Source: Candidatus Iainarchaeum sp. (GTDB taxonomy: Archaea; Iainarchaeota; Iainarchaeia; Iainarchaeales; DTGL01). Taken from it: a stretch of 19,636 nt of DNA. Shown one piece after another: positions 1 to 7,390 of this stretch. Position numbers and translations under genes: made by a program. The stretch's first letter is position 1; every line of letters begins with the position of its first letter. Below the pieces are notes generated by a model. The model was not told where the DNA came from. It searched no databases and was given only the letters and a program-made list of their open reading frames with translations. Location of the stretch: contig JAWALG010000021.1 in the NCBI GenBank assembly GCA_038886995.1, positions 1 through 19,636 of the forward strand, read 5' to 3'.

Positions 1-388
1 CAAGGTTCTGACCCCACAAGTAATAGGGCAACGATATTTTATGCCTTATTGTTTCAAATATATCGCGATAGCAGTCATGTAAAAGCATTATCTTTCTTGG
101 TGCCTTTGCATATAGCCCAAAATAGTCACTGCTTATTACCAGGTCAAAGTATTTGGATTTTTTGTTAAAATAGCTCCCTAAAAGCTTAGCTTTGTATATT
201 TCCCTATGAGGAACAAACCTCAATGAAGAGAGGGTTGCTCTTTGCAACATATTTAGTTTAAGCTCGGAAAATGCAAAAACATCTACTTCATGGCCGCGAT
301 TCTCCAAAACATCAGAGAGCATTTTTACAAAAACTTCTGCACCACCAATAAACTTAATGCTATTTGGAAGCAAAAAAGCTATCCGCAT
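1..388 (-). CDS. Glycosyltransferase family 4 (GT-B), N-terminal part; runs off the left edge
   Basis: Not in the ORF track. Manual translation from ATG at 388 gives MRIAFLLPNSIKFIGGAEVFVKMLSDVLENRGHEVDVF..., the typical GT4 N-terminus (GGAE, RGHEV). SD GGTGA at 394-398. Overlaps the end of the GT2 gene. Confidence 0.85.
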   Translation of the reverse strand, partial: MRIAFLLPNSIKFIGGAEVFVKMLSDVLENRGHEVDVFAFSELKLNMLQRATLSSLRFVPHREIYKAKLLGSYFNKKSKYFDLVISSDYFGLYAKAPRKIMLLHDCYRDIFETIRHKISLPYYLWGQNL

Positions 389-1361
389 TGGAATCACCTT
401 TATAAGTTACCTCGGAACTTATTTTCAACCAATAATAAGCACTAGTTGGAACTAGCATTAAATATCTAACATAGAGAAAAAAGCAATATGCCAACAATTC
501 TGTAATCTTGTATTCTCTTTGTCTTGCCTTGGTAATTACATAAAAGACGCCAATAAGGGTGAATGGTATTGCCAATAGTATAAAAATTGGCACTAAAATT
601 GCCATGGCGTAAAAAAAAAGCAGTAGCCAAGCAAATAAGCCAAGAATAAAGTCCCTTATTAAGCGATAACCAAAATGCTCCTTGAAAAGTTTTGGAAATT
701 TTTTGTGAAGCAACAAATTATTCCTAACCATGTGTAAATTTTTTATTATTTGCAAAGGGCTAATTTTTTTTGCTGGGTGAAAAACTCTTACTTTAGGATC
801 AAAAACAATGTTGTACCCTGCTGATATTACTTTAAAGCCCAAGTCCGTATCTTCTGCAAAGTAGCAATACCTCTCATCAAAGCCTTTTGTCTCAATCAGA
901 ACGCTTCTTTTGAATGCATAATTAGCAGATATATACTTCTTGCCAGTAAGATTTTCCGGCGCTTGCTCATACAAATGCTTGTAGTTGCTATATATGAGAC
1001 CTTCTACTCCTGCAGCATCTTTATTTTTCCTAAAAGCCGCGCCCAAATTCTCCAGCCAGTCACTGTCAGGTATGCAATCATCGTCTGTAAATGCAATTAT
1101 TTCGCCTTTGGCTTTTTTTATTCCAAAGTTCCTTTTTGCATCACAGCATTTATTCTCAATCCTGTAGAATCTTACGCCTTTTTTGCGGAATTTTTTCTCA
1201 ACTATGTGTAGAGTATCATCCTGAGTATCACTAACGACAATCACTTCATATTTTTTCTTTGGATATGTTTGATTTAATATTGCATCTAATGCTACAGACA
1301 AACTTTCAGGCCTTTTGTGCGTTGGAATTACTACGCTAATTCTTGGCTTCAAATCAAACAC
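360..1361 (-). CDS. Glycosyltransferase family 2 with C-terminal TM helices
   Basis: ISVVIPTHKR, RNFGIKKAKGEIIAFTDDDC (DxD), GFDERY..AEDTD motifs; hydrophobic C-terminus; GTG start. Confidence 0.92.
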   Translation of the reverse strand: MFDLKPRISVVIPTHKRPESLSVALDAILNQTYPKKKYEVIVVSDTQDDTLHIVEKKFRKKGVRFYRIENKCCDAKRNFGIKKAKGEIIAFTDDDCIPDSDWLENLGAAFRKNKDAAGVEGLIYSNYKHLYEQAPENLTGKKYISANYAFKRSVLIETKGFDERYCYFAEDTDLGFKVISAGYNIVFDPKVRVFHPAKKISPLQIIKNLHMVRNNLLLHKKFPKLFKEHFGYRLIRDFILGLFAWLLLFFYAMAILVPIFILLAIPFTLIGVFYVITKARQREYKITELLAYCFFLYVRYLMLVPTSAYYWLKISSEVTYKGDSNADSFFASK

Positions 1362-1400
1362 CTAAACCAAACATCTGTTAAAATTAATTAAAATTTTCAA

Positions 1401-1415
1401 CGAAATGCTTAAATA
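1401..1415 (+). promoter_or_regulatory. Archaeal BRE/TATA promoter of the 1437 gene (likely leaderless)
   Basis: CGAAA (1401-1405) followed by CTTAAATA (1408-1415), about 22 nt before ATG 1437. Confidence 0.55.
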
Positions 1416-1436
1416 GATAAAAACAGTTATGCAATT

Positions 1437-2291
1437 ATGCCTAAAACGCCAAAAAAGCCTTCAAATGCACGCAGTAGTGCCGCAAAAGGCCCAGCCAAAA
1501 AGCCTACGGCGCGATATAAACCAGTTGCTGAGGCAATAATGAGGGAAACAATTCAGATTTTGCAAAGTAGGAAGCCGCGTGAAAAGAAGATTGAATTGTT
1601 GTCCGTTCAATCAGCCCTAATCAAAAGCCATATTAAAAGCGGCTTGATCCCTTGGCAAACAGGGAGACGCCTTTTGAGAGCGCTGCAACAAAAAACAGAG
1701 CTTAGCCTTAAGACAGAAACACTTTCTTTAGCTTATGCTGGTGTATATACCCCAAAATTATTTTTAGAACTTGAAGGCCTTGTTAAAAACAAGGTATTGA
1801 GCAGAGCAGGTGCAGCCAGATTGTCTGCCGAATATCTTCAAAAGCTTTTCTCAAGCAAAAAGATTTCACATGATCTGGTTGTTTTAGAAAAGCCAATTGA
1901 ATGGAAGCTTAAATTCATTGAGTTTAACCAAGCAGCATTAGAAAATACAGCAAAGCGCTTTGGGTTTACACAAGCAATGAAAGACAATATAAAAAGGAAG
2001 CTAATGCAGGTCACAGAAAAAGTCCTTGACTATGAAGCCAGGAAAACTATGCCGGTTGTGAACACTCAAATATTTGGCGCAATTGAGTACGCTAGAAAAA
2101 GCGGTTTGATAACAGAAGAGCAAAAAAATGCGTTGAGGCAAACTGCAATAAGGAGTCAGCTTAGAGACATGTTGGCTGGCAGGACAAAAACAGTTAACTA
2201 TGTTTACCTTGAATCTGAGATAAATCAGCTACCTGTTGATATGAGGGCTGACCTTATTGAACTCTTGAAGGAGCTAAGAGCCAGGTTTTAA
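1437..2291 (+). CDS. Hypothetical basic, alpha-helical protein with Lys/Pro/Ala-rich N-terminal tail
   Basis: 284-aa ORF with correctly spaced TATA box; no recognisable catalytic motif; N-terminus MPKTPKKPSNARSSAAKGPAKKP. Confidence 0.75.
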   Translation: MPKTPKKPSNARSSAAKGPAKKPTARYKPVAEAIMRETIQILQSRKPREKKIELLSVQSALIKSHIKSGLIPWQTGRRLLRALQQKTELSLKTETLSLAYAGVYTPKLFLELEGLVKNKVLSRAGAARLSAEYLQKLFSSKKISHDLVVLEKPIEWKLKFIEFNQAALENTAKRFGFTQAMKDNIKRKLMQVTEKVLDYEARKTMPVVNTQIFGAIEYARKSGLITEEQKNALRQTAIRSQLRDMLAGRTKTVNYVYLESEINQLPVDMRADLIELLKELRARF

Positions 2292-2561
2292 AGATTTGCA
2301 TTGTTTGCCCAAAATTTGAAAAAGTTCATAGTGTGTCTTTTCCCTAAACTCAAGAACCTTTTCCCTGGAGTGGCTACCAGAAATAATCTTCGGCCTTTCG
2401 CCAACAAGTTGTGAGAGTTCATCTATAAGCTCTTTATTAGCAAGTTCTTTTTCAGGTTTTGCTCTTAACGAAACAACCCACGCATTTCGCCATTCGTCAA
2501 ATCCCTTTACCTTAAATTTTTCTGAGCCAGGTATGATATGAAAGCTAACCTTTGCAGCCAT
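2274..2561 (-). CDS. DUF167 / UPF0235 (YggU-like) protein
   Basis: V.F.IIPGS...VSLRAKPEKELANKELI..LS....KIISGSHSREK matches the DUF167 pattern. Start moved to ATG 2561 (MAAKVSF) to avoid overlapping the upstream gene. Confidence 0.8.
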   Translation of the reverse strand: MAAKVSFHIIPGSEKFKVKGFDEWRNAWVVSLRAKPEKELANKELIDELSQLVGERPKIISGSHSREKVLEFREKTHYELFQILGKQCKSLKPGS

Positions 2562-2571
2562 ATTATTCGCC

Positions 2572-3231
2572 TTATTTGTTTTTCTTTTCACTAACATACA
2601 ATAGGTAGGAGTAAATGCAAAGAATAATTGATGAAATAATAATTGATAAAATTAATGCCAAAATTATTGTTGGTAACAAGTTGACTACCGTGACAACAAA
2701 CAAGAAAAGCAAACCATGGATAAGAAAAACAATGCTTCCTGCCTTATTAGTTTTTTCCCAGACCTTATCACTGCTTAAAGTCCATGGTGTCCTTATGCCA
2801 ACGAACCAGTTGCGCTTTGATTTTTTAAGCAAGAGTGAGATATAAATAAAGAGCAAGCCAAAAGCTGGAAGCAGAAAATGGTTGATTTCTACAGCATAGC
2901 CGAGGCCTGCTGCAATAATAAGCATGTGAATATAAAGTGAAAAAAAGCTAAAAACAACGATAAAGCCCTTAAAATATGGCATAAAAAACGAATAGTTCTT
3001 CTTTAAAGGATCCATCTTAGGCAGGTAGGCAAGAAGAATTACAATTAGAACTGAAAGAGCTGGCATGACCAACAATCCGAATTCTTTTTTCATATAGCCG
3101 TCAACTTCGCCTTTTATATTCCAATGCGTAGGAATTTGCTCCGGCAGCTTTGGGTAAAAGTATGTGCTTAACACAAAAAAAGAAGTCAATATCAGAATTA
3201 CCAAAAGCCAAAACTTATCTATGTGCAACAT
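2572..3231 (-). CDS. SdpI/YhfL-family immunity-type membrane protein (DUF1648 + SdpI)
   Basis: LPEQIPTHWNIKGEVDGY (DUF1648) and RNWFVGIRTPWTLSSDKVWEKTN (SdpI signature); multiple TM segments. Confidence 0.9.
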   Translation of the reverse strand: MLHIDKFWLLVILILTSFFVLSTYFYPKLPEQIPTHWNIKGEVDGYMKKEFGLLVMPALSVLIVILLAYLPKMDPLKKNYSFFMPYFKGFIVVFSFFSLYIHMLIIAAGLGYAVEINHFLLPAFGLLFIYISLLLKKSKRNWFVGIRTPWTLSSDKVWEKTNKAGSIVFLIHGLLFLFVVTVVNLLPTIILALILSIIISSIILCIYSYLLYVSEKKNK

Positions 3232-3234
3232 TTT

Positions 3235-4233
3235 TTATTCCCTCAGTAGTTTTTTCATTTCTTCGTAGCTTGGTGGCAAGCGATAGCCAATTGACGCAAT
3301 TATGCGCCTTTTTTCAGCAGGATCTGTTATTCCAAACCTTTCAAATGCCTTCTCAAGGTTTGCAATCTCCTTGTTCATAATTGTGCCCCTCAATAGCTCC
3401 CATTCGCTCTTGCTCATTCCTTTGAAAACCTTCGTTTGCAAGGATCTTAATGCCTTAATGTCGCCAAAGAAAATTCCTGCAAAAATTTTTTCCAATATGA
3501 TATGCCTTTCCCTTGGCATCACTGCTTCTGGATTTATGAAGCGCGTGCCAGCATCAAGTCTGATGCCATGTACCTTGCAAAGCTTTATTGCTTTCATCTC
3601 TATCTTTGGATTAGTACCAATAAAAATAACATCAATATCTGACTCGGGGGCAAAGTAGCCTTTTGCCATGCTGCCTCTCACGATCATTCCAACATAGCTC
3701 CGTCCGAATTTTTTTCTTAATTGAAGGTCTATTGCTTTTAGCTCACGGGCTTTTTCAAAAAGACCTTTTAAAAAGGGCGTTGCAACGTAAGGCCTAAGCC
3801 TTGTGAGAAGATATCTGTTAGCGTCGGAATTTGGTGCCTTTGTCTGCTTTGGTTTGCTTTTCTCAACCTCCTGAGTTGCAGCCATTTTTTCTTTGACAAA
3901 CATTAACTCCAAATTTATCCTTTTTCTATCTTCCGGGTTAAAGCTTTTGAGTGCTTGCGGAATGTGCTTTGCTAAAAATGACTGGCTAGTTGTAGAAAGA
4001 ACACTCATTGCGGCAGAGCGCATAGCCGGGTTTTCGCTTATAAGTGCAGCCAGTGCAACCTTGAGAGGCACACGCCTCCTGCCAAGAGCACGATAAAAAG
4101 CATGTTCTGGGCTTTTGTGCCAGATGTTTGCATGCGTTACTCTTATGCCTGCTTTTTTTGCATCTTTTACTTGCTGGGCTGCAATACTTGCCTGTTTAGC
4201 GTATTTTGTTCCTCTAATTCGCCTTTTTACCAT
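3235..4233 (-). CDS. Pol-beta superfamily nucleotidyltransferase-domain protein with long basic N-terminal extension
   Basis: GMIVRGSMAKGYFAPESDIDVIFIG is the hG[GS]x9-13DhD motif, at about residue 185-205, with a candidate third Asp in IRLD. Confidence 0.75.
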   Translation of the reverse strand: MVKRRIRGTKYAKQASIAAQQVKDAKKAGIRVTHANIWHKSPEHAFYRALGRRRVPLKVALAALISENPAMRSAAMSVLSTTSQSFLAKHIPQALKSFNPEDRKRINLELMFVKEKMAATQEVEKSKPKQTKAPNSDANRYLLTRLRPYVATPFLKGLFEKARELKAIDLQLRKKFGRSYVGMIVRGSMAKGYFAPESDIDVIFIGTNPKIEMKAIKLCKVHGIRLDAGTRFINPEAVMPRERHIILEKIFAGIFFGDIKALRSLQTKVFKGMSKSEWELLRGTIMNKEIANLEKAFERFGITDPAEKRRIIASIGYRLPPSYEEMKKLLRE

Positions 4234-4294
4234 AATGCAACCTTTCTCATTATGGTTTTTTTATTTTTTAATGCTTTTGTTTAACTATTCAATT

Positions 4295-4573
4295 ATGAAG
4301 ATATCCACTTATGGCTTCTTTGGTGTTTTAGCCTCAAAGACAAGGTTCTCAATAGTCAGGGCGCTAATGAAAGGAGAGCTTTCAGTAAAGGAAATATGTG
4401 CTAAAGTAAGATGCGAGCAAACAAATGTATCGCATCAGCTTAAAGTCCTTGAAAGGTATGGTGTTGTTTTTTATAAAAGGGATGGCAAAAAGAAGCTATA
4501 CGCAGTGAACGAGGAGGTAAAGCCAATTATCAAACAAGCTCAGAGGTTTATAAGGAAAAATTGCAAAAAATAG
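4295..4573 (+). CDS. ArsR/SmtB-family transcriptional regulator
   Basis: LASKTRFSIVRAL..GELSVKEI...EQTNVSHQLKVL..GVV...RDGK...Y winged HTH; start placed at ATG 4295 (92 aa). Confidence 0.88.
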   Translation: MKISTYGFFGVLASKTRFSIVRALMKGELSVKEICAKVRCEQTNVSHQLKVLERYGVVFYKRDGKKKLYAVNEEVKPIIKQAQRFIRKNCKK

Positions 4574-4576
4574 TGC

Positions 4577-5134
4577 TCACAAGTATTTGGCTTTTAGCCA
4601 GACAGCGAGTTTTTCAGCTGCTCTCGCTCTGTGCGATATCTTGTTTTTCTCTTTGCGCAGCATCATGCATAGTGGCTTTTTGCTTTTCACTGGCACAAAG
4701 ATTCTCTCGTATGGCATCACTTTTCTGTTTTTGCAGTAAACCTTTTGGGAAATTCTTCCTTTAAGCAATCCAACAAAAACTTTTTTGCGAGTTCCATCTG
4801 TAAAGCAAATCGCTGTCTTGAAGTAAGCTTTGCCGGATTTCTTTGAGGCCATTTTCAAAAGCCCTTCATAGCCAATTTTCTCAAATATGCGCTTAGCCCT
4901 TACCCCTGGGAAGTCGTGATAGCCCTCAAAAAATATTCCTGTGTCTTCAACAATTAGAGGTTTCTCAATTAGGGAATATGCCTCGGCTGCTTTGTGCCTT
5001 GCTATTTCGTCTATGCTACCATTGCAATCCTCAGAAAGCTCTGCCTTGTGCCACTTAAGCTCAATGCCGTACTCTGCTAAAATACGCTTTATTTCCAGGA
5101 ACTTTTGCTTATTGCCTGAAACGAAAAAAAGCAA
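4577..5134 (-). CDS. rdgB: Ham1/RdgB non-canonical purine NTP pyrophosphatase (XTP/dITP diphosphatase)
   Basis: SGNKQKFLE, A..KA, VEDTG, FPG, EKNKISHRARA motifs; TTG start preceded by AGGTG SD. Confidence 0.9.
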   Translation of the reverse strand: MLFFVSGNKQKFLEIKRILAEYGIELKWHKAELSEDCNGSIDEIARHKAAEAYSLIEKPLIVEDTGIFFEGYHDFPGVRAKRIFEKIGYEGLLKMASKKSGKAYFKTAICFTDGTRKKVFVGLLKGRISQKVYCKNRKVMPYERIFVPVKSKKPLCMMLRKEKNKISHRARAAEKLAVWLKAKYL

Positions 5135-5142
5135 AGAGACAC

Positions 5143-5397
5143 CTAAAAGAAGTCCTTTCTTTGCTCAGGATACAAGCCAGAGACAAAAAACATAAACGCA
5201 CCAAAAACAATAAAGAAAAAGCCAAGTGCATAAAAAATCTTAATGTATGCGACCAAAGAATCGGAAATGCCTGAAACTAAACTGGCAGCTGCCTTGCCAT
5301 TGTTTGAAAATGGCTCCATGAAAAAATATGTAAGAACAAGGAAAAAAATTCCTGTAACATAAAAGAAAAGCGCATTCGTTTTTGTAAGAAGTGGCAT
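5143..5397 (-). CDS. Small membrane protein (2 predicted TM helices), unknown function
   Basis: 84-aa ORF with two hydrophobic stretches, tightly packed between co-oriented genes (8 and 12 nt gaps). Confidence 0.7.
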   Translation of the reverse strand: MPLLTKTNALFFYVTGIFFLVLTYFFMEPFSNNGKAAASLVSGISDSLVAYIKIFYALGFFFIVFGAFMFFVSGLYPEQRKDFF

Positions 5398-5409
5398 AAA
5401 CGCATTAAG

Positions 5410-5991
5410 CTACAAAAATGTTTTAAAAACAATGAGTTCCTCAAAAAAGAGGCGCTGCCTTGCTATGATCCTAAAATTTGCCTTCAATGATTTAAGCTTT
5501 TCTTTTGTAGCTGCTTCCCCTGTAATGCTGCTCTGAACAAAATACGCGCAACCTTTTTTTGTGAGAAACTCTGGCAGCTTAACCAGAAACTTAAAAAGAA
5601 TCTCATTACCTTTTTTACCACCATCCAATGCTTTGTCTTTTTTGCCCTCAATTGGAAGATAAGGTGGATTAAAAACAATGCACTCGAACTTTTGCCCTAG
5701 CACTGGCTCAAAAAGGTCTCCTTGCACAACCTTTGCTTTTGAGGAAAAACCTAGGCGCTTTATGTTTTCTTCTGTATTTCTGACTGCATCATCATTAATA
5801 TCAACAGCAGTAACATTGGCTCCTTGCATTAGCATGTTAATTGTCTGAATTCCACAGCCACAGCCAATATCAAGGGCTTCTGCATTGGGTGTAACTTTTA
5901 CATTTTCTGCCAAAAGAAATGAGTCCTCTGCTGGCTCATATATTGAATCGTAGACAATTAGCTCAAAACCCCTGAAAAAAACTTTCCTCAT
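5410..5991 (-). CDS. HemK2/MTQ2-family (release factor glutamine) methyltransferase
   Basis: YEPAEDSFLL, LDIGCGCG (SAM binding), VDIN, FNPPYLP, LDGG..G motifs; ATG at 5991 (alternative TTG 5997). Confidence 0.9.
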   Translation of the reverse strand: MRKVFFRGFELIVYDSIYEPAEDSFLLAENVKVTPNAEALDIGCGCGIQTINMLMQGANVTAVDINDDAVRNTEENIKRLGFSSKAKVVQGDLFEPVLGQKFECIVFNPPYLPIEGKKDKALDGGKKGNEILFKFLVKLPEFLTKKGCAYFVQSSITGEAATKEKLKSLKANFRIIARQRLFFEELIVFKTFL

Positions 5992-6017
5992 TTGCAAAAG
6001 CTAATAAACCAAACAAA

Positions 6018-6023
6018 TTTAAA
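6018..6023. promoter_or_regulatory. Palindromic TATA element, possibly bidirectional (HemK2 operon on -, ncRNA candidate on +)
   Basis: TTTAAA lies about 27 nt from ATG 5991 and about 22 nt from the first base of the 6045 stem; A-rich BRE-like sequence on its left. Confidence 0.45.
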
Positions 6024-6044
6024 CATTGGCGCACTTAAGTTAAT

Positions 6045-6126
6045 AGCGGATTGGCAGACCTGGTTTGATTGGTTTAAAGACCAGCAAAACCAACTCTCTT
6101 AGCAGCATACTGCCAATCCGCTTTTT
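6045..6126 (+). ncRNA. Putative small structured non-coding RNA of unknown family (~78 nt plus U-tract)
   Basis: Perfect 13-bp terminal stem AGCGGATTGGCAG (6045-6057) / CTGCCAATCCGCT (6110-6122); internal pairing within 6060-6093; TATA upstream; T5 at 6122-6126; no ORF. Confidence 0.6.
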
Positions 6127-6215
6127 AGCATTAATCCTTGCTTAAACGCTGTTGGCATTAATATTATATACTACTTTTTGCATCCTATCTTTAATTTTGA
6201 AAAGGAGGTATTGCT

Positions 6216-6665
6216 GTGTTTGGATTTGGAAAAGGAAAAATAGATCTGCAGCTTGAAAAGTTTAATTACCACCCAGGGGAAACAATTAAGGGAAAGGTAA
6301 TCCTCGCCCTCAATAAGCCAGTAAAAGCTAGGCGCCTTAAGGTAAGATTTTTTGGGGAAAGGCAAAAGAGAGAAACTGTCGTGGTTGGCAGCCGTAGATC
6401 TACTGATTATAGCAACGAGATTGTGTATTCCTTTGAAATGAACCTTGATGGAGAAAAAGAGTATATTGGCAGGGAATATAACTTTGAAATAATAATACCA
6501 CAAGACCTTACGGCAAAGGTTGATTTAAGCAATGCTGGCGCTTTAGGTGCAGTGATGCAATTTGCAATGTCAATGGCACCTAAGCCAAGGTGGTTTGTGG
6601 AAGCAGCCCTAGATGTGCCAATGGGCTTTGATGTAGCAAAAAAGCTTCAGATAAACATTGGCTAA
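6216..6665 (+). CDS. Arrestin-N / SpoOM-like beta-sandwich protein
   Basis: Strong SD GGAGGT (6204-6209) with GTG start; pattern I.L.L....Y.PGETIKGKV.L....PVKAR.L.V.F.G.....YNFEIIIP...W.VEA.LDVP resembles the arrestin-N/SpoOM fold. Confidence 0.65.
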   Translation: MFGFGKGKIDLQLEKFNYHPGETIKGKVILALNKPVKARRLKVRFFGERQKRETVVVGSRRSTDYSNEIVYSFEMNLDGEKEYIGREYNFEIIIPQDLTAKVDLSNAGALGAVMQFAMSMAPKPRWFVEAALDVPMGFDVAKKLQINIG

Positions 6666-6669
6666 AAAA

Positions 6670-7338
6670 TTAAAGCCATTTCTTTGCCCATGCACAGAAG
6701 CCACAATCTTGGGCTGGCTCAGGCGGTTTGTTAAGCTTAAGCACAGCAATTGCCTCATCAAGAACTTTAGCTCCGCGCTCTGGCATAGTTTTAACCTGAA
6801 CAAGTTCGCACTCAAAAAGGATTTCACCTGCTTCTTTCACTTCTTTTGGGTAGTAAAATAAAAGATAACCAAAATCTTCCGTGTTATAGCCATTTTTTCT
6901 CAGCAAAAGGTTGTATATGTCAAGCTGAAGCTCGTAGTATGATGCACTGTCCTCTTTTGGTGCAGAACCCCTTGTTTTGAAATCAAGCACAATAAGCTTT
7001 CCATTGCGCTCCAAAATACTATCAATAGCACCCGCCAAAATAATACCTGATTCATGCTTATACTGCAACCCTTTTCTTGCATTGCGCCATTCGCGAAGTT
7101 TTTCCTTATCGCTGAAAAGATTACAGCCATGGCAAAGGGCATTATTCCTTATCTCTGGTGGCAACACACCTTTGTCTATATACTTATCAAAATGTTCCTT
7201 GATTATTCTATCCATGCCACTTTGAAGCGATGGAAATGCAAAATCAGGCCTTCTTATGCCTTTAACGAAATGTAGCCAGAAGCATCTTTTACACTCTAAA
7301 AAAAGCAAAAGCGTTGTTGGTGATAACCTAAAATCCAT
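6670..7338 (-). CDS. Solo Cas4-like / RecB-family PD-(D/E)XK nuclease
   Basis: LSPT....FLECKRCFW, GAIDSIL, IVLDFKT, QLDIY, C-terminal CGFC; start likely ATG 7338 (ORF extends to 7356). Confidence 0.85.
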   Translation of the reverse strand: MDFRLSPTTLLLFLECKRCFWLHFVKGIRRPDFAFPSLQSGMDRIIKEHFDKYIDKGVLPPEIRNNALCHGCNLFSDKEKLREWRNARKGLQYKHESGIILAGAIDSILERNGKLIVLDFKTRGSAPKEDSASYYELQLDIYNLLLRKNGYNTEDFGYLLFYYPKEVKEAGEILFECELVQVKTMPERGAKVLDEAIAVLKLNKPPEPAQDCGFCAWAKKWL

Positions 7339-7390
7339 ATTTTTTTCTTGGTGCAATCTTCATAAAAATCTTTTACACCCACCAGATAGT

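Noticed and set aside
2572-4573. Canonical sdpR-sdpI immunity operon
   Set aside because: The ArsR gene is divergent and separated from sdpI by the NTase gene; no sdpABC toxin genes or clear operator were seen, so the regulatory link is unsupported.
6045-6122. Structured element as tRNA, SRP RNA, RNase P, C/D or H/ACA guide, or simple terminator
   Set aside because: No cloverleaf or TTCGA loop; no CAGG/GNRA SRP helix-8 motif (only AGCA); no RNase P P4 consensus; no RUGAUGA/CUGA boxes or 3' ACA. It lies between divergent genes and encloses 52 nt, so it is not a gene-end terminator hairpin.
6670-7338. CRISPR-Cas locus suggested by the Cas4-like gene
   Set aside because: No repeat-spacer array or other cas genes in the window.
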